Shown here in pieces: positions 36,843 to 45,715 of a stretch of DNA of 64,000 bases. Made by a program: the position numbers and the translations under genes. The DNA is taken from positions 1 to 64,000 of IMG/VR virus record IMGVR_UViG_3300031088_000782; one strand, written 5' to 3'. Origin of the DNA: a virus. Lineage: Duplodnaviria; Caudoviricetes. The notes beneath the pieces were generated by a model. It worked only from the letters and a program-made list of their open reading frames with translations. It had not been told where the DNA came from and ran no database searches. Every line of letters begins with the position of its first letter. Within the stretch, counting starts at the first letter, position 1.

Positions 36843-38780
36843 ATGCCAATTCCTAAGAATGCTTCACCAGGAGGAAACTCTAACAGGGGTAACGATTCGA
36901 ACAGAGGTCCGGGTGGAAATCCTCCTCGAAATAACCCTAATCGTTCAAATAACCCTAATATTCCACGCAGACCGCCTGCTGGTGGTAATCAGTCACCTTC
37001 AGTGCCTCATTCCCCGCAAAGAGGGAATGGTAACGCAAGGCAAAATCCTGCAAGGTCAGGACAAAACCCAAATCAAGATCCACGTCAGGCAAGACGTCCA
37101 CAGCAGTTACCGCAGAATAATCCTCCGGTAAGAGGTCAAGGCCCAAGACAATCCACTGCTCAGGCTTCTCATTACGTAGATGACGAATTGGGTTTTGAGG
37201 AAAATCAATCAAATCAGGTTCCTTCCCAAGAAGGCAGAAGAAGACCTCCAAGCTCTCACGTTGAGCAGTATGACTATGATGAACGTTCTTTTGATAATAC
37301 ACCTAATCCCTCTCCAAGAGAAAATTATCAGCGTCCAAATCGATCTTACCCTCAAGACGATCAAGAGAGAGAAGTTCGTGAACCTTTTGTCAATGAATTT
37401 GATGAATATGAAGATGAAACATTCAGCCCTATTTCTATTGATGAACAGTTAAGAATAGAAGATGAAGAAGACAATCGTTCATCAAATAATTCTCGTAATC
37501 GTTCACGTAGAGATGAGGAAGTTTCTTATGAGCCTTCTCCCTTAGATGATTATGAAGATGACGAGGAAAAAGAAGTTTCGGTTCCCCAAAAAGCTCCTAA
37601 GTCAAAGCCTAAAAAAGTAAAGAAAAACCGTAAAGATAAAAAAGGGCAAGATGTTTTTATTGATGAGAAAAAAGGTGTTGTAAAACCTTTCGGTGGAAGA
37701 AAAATTAAAGAGAATGAATTTGATAAGAGAAAGAACATTCGTAAAAACGCAATCGTCATTCAATGGGTTGTTATCAGTCTTATCGTTATTCTTGTCGGAT
37801 TAGGTGTGAAAAATGCTGTTGTTCCGCCAAAAACTCTTGATGAACAAGAAGTAGCTGACATTGCTGCAGTTACAACTGGTGTGACAAATTATCCATTAGA
37901 AAAAGGAAAAGGTTTCGCAACTGATTTCATGAAGGCTTACCTTACTATTAACAATGATGAGGTCGCTTCAAAAGTGTTGGGATACTACTATTCTGGAAGC
38001 TTAACTGTTGAGGATGATAATAGTAACAAAGAGGCAACCAGTAATTACAAACAGACTATCCTTTATGGCCCAACTGTTTATGATTCTTTCGCTTTCAATG
38101 ACTACTCAGCTCGTTATACAATAGGATCTTTGGTCAAGCCAGGAGCAGTAGAGGGTAAAGCTTCAGGAGTAGATCCTCATTGGGTATTCTTTAATGTTAA
38201 TGTATATTACAATTCCGCAGCTGATTCATTTACTATTACTGATGATTCACCAACAGTTGTTCCTTCAGCTGAAGTAGGAAATATTGCGGACCTTCCTGAA
38301 CGACAAGTTTTGGGCACAGGCGAAGCAGATCAAGGTATTGGAGAATCTATCAAATCTGTTGTATTCGGATTCTTACAAGGCTATGCTGAATCTTCTCCTG
38401 CAGATCATTCAAGTCTTGATCAATACATTACTGACTCAAAAGACTCGGAACTAATAAAAGGATTAGACGGAGAATATGAATTCTCAGGAGAAATGAATGA
38501 CGCAGTTCAATTTGAAGCTTTCCCTGTTGATGAATCAGAAAGCCCAACTGAGATAAAAGCTCTTACGAAAGTAAGATGGGCCAACAAAGTTAAGGTTTCA
38601 GATCAAGAAACACGAGTTGATTATACCTCCACTTATGTTATGACTCTTCAAAAAGTTGGAGATAAATATTTGGTATCAAAATTCCAACCACAATATTACG
38701 CCTCTGAGGAAGCCGAGAAGCCTGTTGTTCCTGACTATGAAGAAGATCCAGCCACAGATACTTCTATCGAAGAAGAGTGA
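36843..38780 (+). CDS. TcpC/VirB8-like conjugation protein with long disordered N-terminus
   Basis: P/N/Q/R-rich N-terminus, single TM, FATDFMKAYLT and two NTF2-like halves. Confidence 0.7.
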   Translation: MPIPKNASPGGNSNRGNDSNRGPGGNPPRNNPNRSNNPNIPRRPPAGGNQSPSVPHSPQRGNGNARQNPARSGQNPNQDPRQARRPQQLPQNNPPVRGQGPRQSTAQASHYVDDELGFEENQSNQVPSQEGRRRPPSSHVEQYDYDERSFDNTPNPSPRENYQRPNRSYPQDDQEREVREPFVNEFDEYEDETFSPISIDEQLRIEDEEDNRSSNNSRNRSRRDEEVSYEPSPLDDYEDDEEKEVSVPQKAPKSKPKKVKKNRKDKKGQDVFIDEKKGVVKPFGGRKIKENEFDKRKNIRKNAIVIQWVVISLIVILVGLGVKNAVVPPKTLDEQEVADIAAVTTGVTNYPLEKGKGFATDFMKAYLTINNDEVASKVLGYYYSGSLTVEDDNSNKEATSNYKQTILYGPTVYDSFAFNDYSARYTIGSLVKPGAVEGKASGVDPHWVFFNVNVYYNSAADSFTITDDSPTVVPSAEVGNIADLPERQVLGTGEADQGIGESIKSVVFGFLQGYAESSPADHSSLDQYITDSKDSELIKGLDGEYEFSGEMNDAVQFEAFPVDESESPTEIKALTKVRWANKVKVSDQETRVDYTSTYVMTLQKVGDKYLVSKFQPQYYASEEAEKPVVPDYEEDPATDTSIEEE

Positions 38781-38960
38781 TAAAAGATTAAATAATTGTT
38801 TTTATTAAATATTGTTGTAATTTCTTTTTAGAAAACGATATTAAAGAATAATTATAGAATAAAAAACTATTCTGATATTAAGGGTGTAGTATTTATCATA
38901 AAGCCGGTTTATTAACGAATATTACATCTGATCAGAATACTAAATCTACGGAGTAGGAAA

Positions 38961-39350
38961 ATGGAATTTTTAAACATATTGGCATCATCAAATTTGGTTG
39001 ATATGCACGCAGTGGGCAGTTTTGTTGATATGCACGCAGCAGGTTTGACCGATCTTTGGGGCAAAGTTCTCAAAAACTGGATCACACCACTTTACATTGC
39101 AGCGGTTGCTGTATTTGCTATTATCTTCCTTAAGGATAGGGCATGGATGAAGCTTATTGGATTCGTCGGTATTGCAGCAGTTGTTGGAGTTCTTGTCTTT
39201 GCTGGTTCTGAGATCTTCGGACAAAAGAACAAAGGTTTGACAGGAGTTGCAAAGAAAGCGGCTACTGAGATCAATACAGTGAACGGGCCTTCGCTGGCAA
39301 GCGGTGGGGATAACTCGTTCCTCGGTTCGTCAAGTGCATTCAACAAGTGA
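38961..39350 (+). CDS. Small T4SS membrane protein (VirB2/TcpD-like)
   Basis: Two hydrophobic helices; lies between the TcpC-like and VirB4-N genes; 30-bp internal duplication (VDMHA x2). Confidence 0.55.
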   Translation: MEFLNILASSNLVDMHAVGSFVDMHAAGLTDLWGKVLKNWITPLYIAAVAVFAIIFLKDRAWMKLIGFVGIAAVVGVLVFAGSEIFGQKNKGLTGVAKKAATEINTVNGPSLASGGDNSFLGSSSAFNK

Positions 39351-39386
39351 AATTTTAATAATAATTAATTAAAATTAAATAACGCA

Positions 39387-39444
39387 AAATAAAGCAAAAG
39401 AAACAAGGTAAGACACAAAAGACCTTGTTTCTTTTGCTTTATTT
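39387..39444 (+). terminator. Long hairpin/terminator
   Basis: 23-bp stem AAATAAAGCAAAAGAAACAAGGT / ACCTTGTTTCTTTTGCTTTATTT. Confidence 0.75.
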
Positions 39445-39536
39445 ATTTATATTAAAATTGTTTTTATGGGTGTGCGCTATAAGTTGATATTTAATTTGAG
39501 CAATAGTAGTTTTATTATATTTTTCAAGGAGATACA

Positions 39537-40922
39537 ATGACTGAAAACAAGGAAAAAGAAGTTTCACCAAAGAATAACAGGAAAAGGTTAGACATTGCAC
39601 CAGTAGCAATAATTGATAATCTTGTTTTCAGTAGAACAGAAGTTTTTGCTTATTTTCAAGTAACTAATTCGGTATTCGACTTTCTTTCAAATGATCAAAA
39701 AGTAAATTTGGCACTTCGTATTTCAAACGCTTTTAACAATTTAATGAACGACAAGCAACAACCTGTGGAATGTCACACTATCATCACTTCTGTTCCTTTT
39801 GATGTTGATGCATGGGCTGAACAGGTAAGAGGGGTTTCAGAAGATTGGCCGACTGGACCTGGTTTTGAAAGATACATCAATGAACAGATGTTTTATCTTG
39901 AACAAAAAAGCTTTATGAAAAAAGTGACGTATGTTGGTGTTTCTCTTGGAAAAAGGGGAGCTTTGGATATGTCTAATTTGAATGTCTTTGAGAATGGGGT
40001 CAGAGGAGCTTGGGATGTTGTAAAAGCTTGGGGAAACACAATGCTTCAAGTTCCTACTGCATCAGTATCAAGTAAAGAAGAAGATGATATGCGAAGAAAG
40101 GAAGCAGAACTATTCAGAACACTCTCAAACGGCCATTTACAGGCTTCGAGAGCAACGACTGAGGATTTACTGCTTCTCATCAAAAGACAGCTTTATCCGT
40201 CCATGCCTGCGCCCTATCTTGATGTTGATCACGAGAACAGAGTTGGCCCAGGAGATCTTGATTTAGAATTGGGATCCGCTATCGAAAATAAATATAGATG
40301 GCTTAAAATTACACAAATGTTTGATGATATTGAAATTTCTGGCTACAGAGCAGCTTTGTCTTTTGCTAAATTCCCTAAACATATGGAGTATCCTGGTGCA
40401 GCACCATTTTTGTATTTCCCATCTCAGCTGGGAGCGCCATTCACTTGTTACTCCCGTTTCACACTACATCCTAGTCAAAAGATGAAATTAGAGCTTGAGA
40501 AAAAGAAGAAAGAACAGAAAGACGAACTTGAGAACTTAACAGCAGCTCAGGATCAATACGATTCCGCTGTGGACAGTATGCCTTCGGATATTGTTCAATC
40601 ATTGGAAGATATACGACAAATCGAAAACATGCTTTCGCAGGACAAAACAGCTTGGGTCGAAGGATCTTACCGTATCGTTGTTGAAGCTCCTAGCGAAGAA
40701 AGACTAAGGGAATATTGTTCCAAGTTAAAGCAGTCTTATGATGATTTGGGAATTCTCCTACAATGGACAGCAGGCGATCAAAAGCAGTTACTTTTGGAAC
40801 AAATGCCGGGTGATACTCACAGGGTAAAAGCTTTCCAGCAGATTACCAGCCTTAATATGTTATCTACTTCAGGAATGAATTTTAGTTCTGATGTTGGGGA
40901 TCCGATTTTTAAATCTAATTGA
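39537..40922 (+). CDS. VirB4-family (Tn916 Orf16/TcpF-like) N-terminal half lacking the ATPase domain
   Basis: IIDNLVF...FAYFQV..SVFDFLS start resembles Gram-positive VirB4 N-termini; no Walker A/B. Confidence 0.6.
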   Translation: MTENKEKEVSPKNNRKRLDIAPVAIIDNLVFSRTEVFAYFQVTNSVFDFLSNDQKVNLALRISNAFNNLMNDKQQPVECHTIITSVPFDVDAWAEQVRGVSEDWPTGPGFERYINEQMFYLEQKSFMKKVTYVGVSLGKRGALDMSNLNVFENGVRGAWDVVKAWGNTMLQVPTASVSSKEEDDMRRKEAELFRTLSNGHLQASRATTEDLLLLIKRQLYPSMPAPYLDVDHENRVGPGDLDLELGSAIENKYRWLKITQMFDDIEISGYRAALSFAKFPKHMEYPGAAPFLYFPSQLGAPFTCYSRFTLHPSQKMKLELEKKKKEQKDELENLTAAQDQYDSAVDSMPSDIVQSLEDIRQIENMLSQDKTAWVEGSYRIVVEAPSEERLREYCSKLKQSYDDLGILLQWTAGDQKQLLLEQMPGDTHRVKAFQQITSLNMLSTSGMNFSSDVGDPIFKSN

Positions 40923-40984
40923 TGTTTTTAAAAAATCAGATAGAGAAGTATTACGTAATATTGAAAAAGTTTAGGAGAAAGTAA

Positions 40985-41788
40985 ATGGCCCAAAGAAAAG
41001 GACGAAGCGGCGGTGGGTTCAAAGGTTTTTTTGCCAGTGGATTAATCTTAACTCTGTTGGTTTGCGGATTAGTAGCAATTGCAAAAAATAACAATCTTCA
41101 GTCCCCCGCCGATGTTTATGAATACGTAAAAAGTTGGTCTGATAAAGCCTGGAGTTGCGGGGCTGGCGAAGCTGAGTGGGAATGTCGTGGTGGTAAAGGC
41201 AGTCCCGGTGGAGATGGAAGCAAAGAAGGCGATGAGGCAGCTTCTAAAATTAAATCTTCTTCTACTAAAAAAGATGAAGCCTTAGCACAACTTGACAAAA
41301 TTGTTATTCGTGATCGCAAAGAGGTAGCTTACAAGCGTTCAGAATGGAAGCATTGGACAGGAAGCCCTTGTGACACCAGAGAGAAAGTACTCAAATCTCA
41401 AGGGGCAAAAGTGAAAACTGATGATAATTGTAAAGCGGTAAGCGGAACATGGGTGGATCCTTATTCTGGTGACATATTTAAAGATTCATCTAAACTTGAC
41501 ATAGATCATGTTATTCCTCTGTCAGCAGCTGCGCAAAGTGGTGGGCAAGCATGGAATAGCGAGAAAAAAGAAAAATTTGCAAATGACACTTCTCAATTAT
41601 TAGCTGTTTCCGCTGGAGAAAACCGTAAGAAGTCAGACAAGGGGCCGGGAGATTATATGCCACCTAATAAGGATTTCAGATGTGATTATGCAAAACTTTG
41701 GATTGACACTGCTCTCAAATATGAGCTTTCTATTGACAAATCAGATAAAACAGCTTTGACTGCTGCTCTTCGAAAATGCTCCGCGTGA
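40985..41788 (+). CDS. Membrane-anchored/secreted HNH nuclease (DUF1524-like)
   Basis: Signal/TM; YKRSEWKHW, WVDPYSG, DIDHVIPLS, FAND, NRKKSDK. Confidence 0.85.
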   Translation: MAQRKGRSGGGFKGFFASGLILTLLVCGLVAIAKNNNLQSPADVYEYVKSWSDKAWSCGAGEAEWECRGGKGSPGGDGSKEGDEAASKIKSSSTKKDEALAQLDKIVIRDRKEVAYKRSEWKHWTGSPCDTREKVLKSQGAKVKTDDNCKAVSGTWVDPYSGDIFKDSSKLDIDHVIPLSAAAQSGGQAWNSEKKEKFANDTSQLLAVSAGENRKKSDKGPGDYMPPNKDFRCDYAKLWIDTALKYELSIDKSDKTALTAALRKCSA

Positions 41789-41818
41789 GTGAATTAAACT
41801 AAGAAAAGGATTATTATA

Positions 41819-42688
41819 ATGGTTAATACAACAAGCAGCTCACGTTCAAAAAGAATTGCAGAAGAATTCAAACAGAATCAAGAGCAAGCAAAAAATCAAG
41901 ATTATCAAATTGGTGCAGCGCAACTCACTGTTGATGAGAAGTTGAAATTTCTGGAAGAGACTGGTCGGGAAGAAATGATCGATTTGTTCAAAGAATGGAA
42001 GCCTCGCGTATCTAATAGAAAAAAACGCGGTGCCCCTCTTGATCAGCGTGTCTCTATTACAGTAACAAGCCAAGAGCGTGTTTCTTTGGATAGAGAACTA
42101 AAGACTGTCAAAGCATCTGGAGAAAAAATCAGTATGTCTCAATTTATTAGAAACAGAGCTTTGGGGACAGTAGATATCAATGGCTGGAAAGAAATAGCAG
42201 AAAAAGCATTGAACGAAATTGAAGATACTGTAAAGAACCAGTCAGAATTGAGAAAGTCAAAACTTGCCATTGCTGAAATGTTTGACAATGAAGAGGATCC
42301 TGACGAAGCTTCTCTATATGCAAAACAGATTGATGATATCAACCGAAAACTGAATAAACTTGTAGGACAAAATGAAAAAAGAGCTAATCGCCTGTCAGGA
42401 CGTATGAGTATGCCAGAAGCCGAGACTGTTAAATGGCGTGCTCAAAAACTTTGCGTTTCTTCATCGGATTATTTAAGAATGATGATTTTTGCATTGGAGC
42501 CAGATTCTAACGCTGATTCTCATATGAGTTTAGATGCAAAAAGAAGATTTTATTTGTCGATTATGGAGGTCGCTAAAAATGGATGGGGAACACCTCCTAC
42601 TATTTACGAGTGCTCACAATGCCAGAATTATATGGATGAAATCAGAAAACTTCGTCAAGAGAATGAACAATTGAGAAAATTTTCTTAA
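41819..42688 (+). CDS. Tandem ribbon-helix-helix protein (MobC/relaxosome accessory-like)
   Basis: RVSITVTSQER...MSQFIRNRAL and RLSGRMSMPE...SSDYLRMMI. Confidence 0.55.
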   Translation: MVNTTSSSRSKRIAEEFKQNQEQAKNQDYQIGAAQLTVDEKLKFLEETGREEMIDLFKEWKPRVSNRKKRGAPLDQRVSITVTSQERVSLDRELKTVKASGEKISMSQFIRNRALGTVDINGWKEIAEKALNEIEDTVKNQSELRKSKLAIAEMFDNEEDPDEASLYAKQIDDINRKLNKLVGQNEKRANRLSGRMSMPEAETVKWRAQKLCVSSSDYLRMMIFALEPDSNADSHMSLDAKRRFYLSIMEVAKNGWGTPPTIYECSQCQNYMDEIRKLRQENEQLRKFS

Positions 42689-42753
42689 GATATATAGAAA
42701 AGAGATTACTTGATATTAGTATTAACGATCTTATAAATAGGGAAGTACAGACC

Positions 42754-43329
42754 ATGCTTAAGAAATTAACGAAAAAGCTCAATTCGGACAAAGGCGATTC
42801 TCTTGTGTCTACAATTATCATTTTTCCTTTGATGATTATCATGCTTGTCACAGCAATTGACTTCAGTATATATATGGCTAACCGTGGTCAGATACAAGGC
42901 ATTGCGAGAGACGGGGCACGAACTGTTGCTATCATGGGTGGCAATGGAACAAATAAACAGGGAACGGCAATTGAGGCTAAATACGGTAATGCTAGAAGCG
43001 AATCGTGTGCTGGGTTGGAATCTGAAGCATTCACAAGTAAGTCTACTTCTATAGAATGTAACATTATCAGAAATTTAGAAAATTATAAAGGTTTGGTCAA
43101 TGTTGAGATTAAAGCTGTAAAATGTACTCCACAAAAGGCTAATTTCATTGGACAGCGAGTTTCTTGTGAAATTTCTTGGAAGTATGGCGGAATTCCTGGT
43201 TCTACTATGACTTTGATGAGAAATGCCGCATCGTTCAACTCTGATCCTGCTTTACAGGGATTGAATACGACAGCTGGTTCTTCTGAGTCAGAGGTTAATT
43301 TGAACGGTGTCAGTTTGGTAAATAGGTGA
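42754..43329 (+). CDS. tadE: TadE-like pseudopilin
   Basis: Prepilin cleavage DKG|DSLV, hydrophobic helix, IARDGARTVA. Confidence 0.75.
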   Translation: MLKKLTKKLNSDKGDSLVSTIIIFPLMIIMLVTAIDFSIYMANRGQIQGIARDGARTVAIMGGNGTNKQGTAIEAKYGNARSESCAGLESEAFTSKSTSIECNIIRNLENYKGLVNVEIKAVKCTPQKANFIGQRVSCEISWKYGGIPGSTMTLMRNAASFNSDPALQGLNTTAGSSESEVNLNGVSLVNR

Positions 43330-43940
43330 TGATGAAATTGTTAAATTATTTTATTAGCAAAAACAAAAGTGATCGCGGCGATACGCTTGTCATGTTTATA
43401 GTAAGTATTCCTTTCATTATGATCCTTATGGGTTTTTCCGTAAATATTAATCAACAGATAAACAGCGGAATTGAAAACAAAGCAATGGCTCAAACCTCTG
43501 TTGAAACAGCGGTAAAAAGAGTTGACTCACAAGGTAGTTTAAATACTGCTTCTGTGCAAAGCTTTGTTAATGAGTATCGAATCCAAACGGGTGATTCTTC
43601 AATAAAAAGCGGAAGCACGAGCGAATCTCAAGCATATAGGTCACCTGTATGCAGTAAAGCTGAAGTTGATGGAGTTGAAAGAGAGATGCCTTACATGATT
43701 GTCAAGTTAGGGTCTGAACGCGGAGTTGAAAAAACTCAATCTTCTACTTGGGTGATTGAAGGCTTGAACAATGATGAAGTAGAACAGAGAGATTTGGGCA
43801 ACACTCGTTATCGTGTTATCTCTGCAACAGTATATAACACAACAACAAGTTTGTGGGGTGCAGTTGGATTGTCTGATTGCCAGATGCACAAATCGGAAGT
43901 TTCAGCTATTGCCTTCGGAAGCAATGCTGACTTGAATTAA
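43326..43940 (+). CDS. TadE/TadG-like pilus protein
   Basis: DRG|DTLV prepilin motif and TM; overlaps the previous gene. Confidence 0.65.
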   Translation: MMMKLLNYFISKNKSDRGDTLVMFIVSIPFIMILMGFSVNINQQINSGIENKAMAQTSVETAVKRVDSQGSLNTASVQSFVNEYRIQTGDSSIKSGSTSESQAYRSPVCSKAEVDGVEREMPYMIVKLGSERGVEKTQSSTWVIEGLNNDEVEQRDLGNTRYRVISATVYNTTTSLWGAVGLSDCQMHKSEVSAIAFGSNADLN

Positions 43941-44153
43941 TATTTTTTAAAAAAAGAAGTTTACATCACTTCTTTTTTGATAGAATGATTTCAAATTGAA
44001 TATAGTAAGTTTTAATTATTATTAGTTTTCAACATGAAAGGAGATGGCTGTCAAAGGTTATCTCTTTTTGTGTTTTGAATTAGAAAAGGTATATAAGAAC
44101 GCTATTCCGAAAAGCGGTTTAGCTGTACCGAGTAATAGATAGGATAACTAAAA

Positions 44154-45581
44154 ATGGTGAATGATTCCAGAAATATAACAGTCCCACTATCGGAATCTCT
44201 CAAAGGTAAGTATGTTGTTGCTGATACATCCTCACTTTTGATGGCTGGAACAGGAATGTTGAGCATTATGAAGGGATGCTTTTTGATTATTCCAGCAATT
44301 GTTGTTCAGGAACTTGAAGATAAAAGAGCGCATTCAACTATAGGATTTCTTGCAAGAGAATGGTTGAGGTTACTGGAGGACAATCGAGTAAAACACGGTT
44401 TGGAGTTATCCAAAGGAATTGATCTTGAAGATCATGGATTATCTATTCAAGTTGAACCGAACCATTCTAATCAAGGGTCTCTCCCTGTTCATCTTCAAAA
44501 TGGAACGCATGACAGCACTGTTCTTGCTGTAGCGAACAACCTTTTGCAAGAAGGTAAAGAGGTCGTTCTTTTGTCCAACGATATGCCTATGCGACTTCAT
44601 GCCACTTTGGACTTAAAGATCGATGCTTATGAATTCAATGCAACACAGATTATTGGAGCGAAAGATTTCGATGGTCGATACAAAGTTTCTCTTACTGATG
44701 AAGAATATGCTGAAATTTGCGAAAGTGGAACTCGACATAACCAAGATCTTCACGAAGCTGTAATGAAAAAGTTGCCGAAAAACCACTCTAAGAATGCTTT
44801 TATCGAAGTTGTTCTTGAAGGAAATAGCGTTTTGTTTGAAATGATTTTGACAGACGAAAGGCTATCTGAAGTTGGACATAAAGGTAAGGCTTTCGGTATC
44901 ACTGCAAGAACTCGTGAACAAGACGTTGCTCTGGAGTACTTAAAGAAGTCAGCTAAAGATCTTCCTATTGTTTCTATCGGTGGTGGAGCCGGAACAGGAA
45001 AGACTCTTCTGACTATTGCGAATGGGCTTGAACAGTTGAAAGCTGGAGCTTACCAAAAAGTTATTGTATTCCGTTCTCTTCATGAGATGGGTGCAGGACA
45101 GGAAATGGGATTCTTACCAGGTGGTGTTGATGAAAAGATGAATGCTTGGGCTGGAGCAATTTATGATGCTCTTGATGTTTTAGCGGCAAAGAAAAAACCA
45201 TTGAAAAAGAATTCTGGCGTTCATGGACAGGTAGCTCAGAAAGAAGAAGCTGAAAAGCTTCGTGACATGATTGAAATTTCTCCAATTACCTATCTACGTG
45301 GTCGTTCTTTGGCAAACACTTACATGGTTTTGGAAGAAGCTCAAAACTTCTCTCGTTCTGAGATTCTGAATATTCTTTCTCGCGCTGGAGAGGGGTCAAA
45401 GATTATTCTTACTTTCGATGCCGCTCAGGTAGATAACAGATTCTTGCAGGCAGGTAAGAATGCTGATATTTGGTCAGTGATTGAAACCCTTAAAGACGAA
45501 AATCTTTTTGCCCATATTACACTGAAAAAGACTGAACGATCACAAGTTGCTGAACTAGCTTCTCGTATTCTTGAAAAATAA
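44154..45581 (+). CDS. phoH2: PIN-PhoH (PhoH2-type) RNase/ATPase
   Basis: PIN: VADTS, VQELE, HDSTVL, SNDMPMR; PhoH: GGAGTGKT, GFLPG, YLRGRSL, EEAQN, RSQVAELA. Confidence 0.9.
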   Translation: MVNDSRNITVPLSESLKGKYVVADTSSLLMAGTGMLSIMKGCFLIIPAIVVQELEDKRAHSTIGFLAREWLRLLEDNRVKHGLELSKGIDLEDHGLSIQVEPNHSNQGSLPVHLQNGTHDSTVLAVANNLLQEGKEVVLLSNDMPMRLHATLDLKIDAYEFNATQIIGAKDFDGRYKVSLTDEEYAEICESGTRHNQDLHEAVMKKLPKNHSKNAFIEVVLEGNSVLFEMILTDERLSEVGHKGKAFGITARTREQDVALEYLKKSAKDLPIVSIGGGAGTGKTLLTIANGLEQLKAGAYQKVIVFRSLHEMGAGQEMGFLPGGVDEKMNAWAGAIYDALDVLAAKKKPLKKNSGVHGQVAQKEEAEKLRDMIEISPITYLRGRSLANTYMVLEEAQNFSRSEILNILSRAGEGSKIILTFDAAQVDNRFLQAGKNADIWSVIETLKDENLFAHITLKKTERSQVAELASRILEK

Positions 45582-45610
45582 TTTTTGAATAAAGTCAAGT
45601 AGTTCATTTT

Positions 45611-45654
45611 CGGGCTGCAGTTGATATTCTTCATAGGATATCAACTGCAGCCCG
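45611..45654. terminator. Hairpin/terminator containing a GATATT box
   Basis: 17-bp stem CGGGCTGCAGTTGATAT / ATATCAACTGCAGCCCG. Confidence 0.7.
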
Positions 45655-45715
45655 CAGTTTTTTAGAAAAGCTTGTGCAAGAGTTTTAATAGTCATATATG
45701 ATTGTGGAGTTATGA

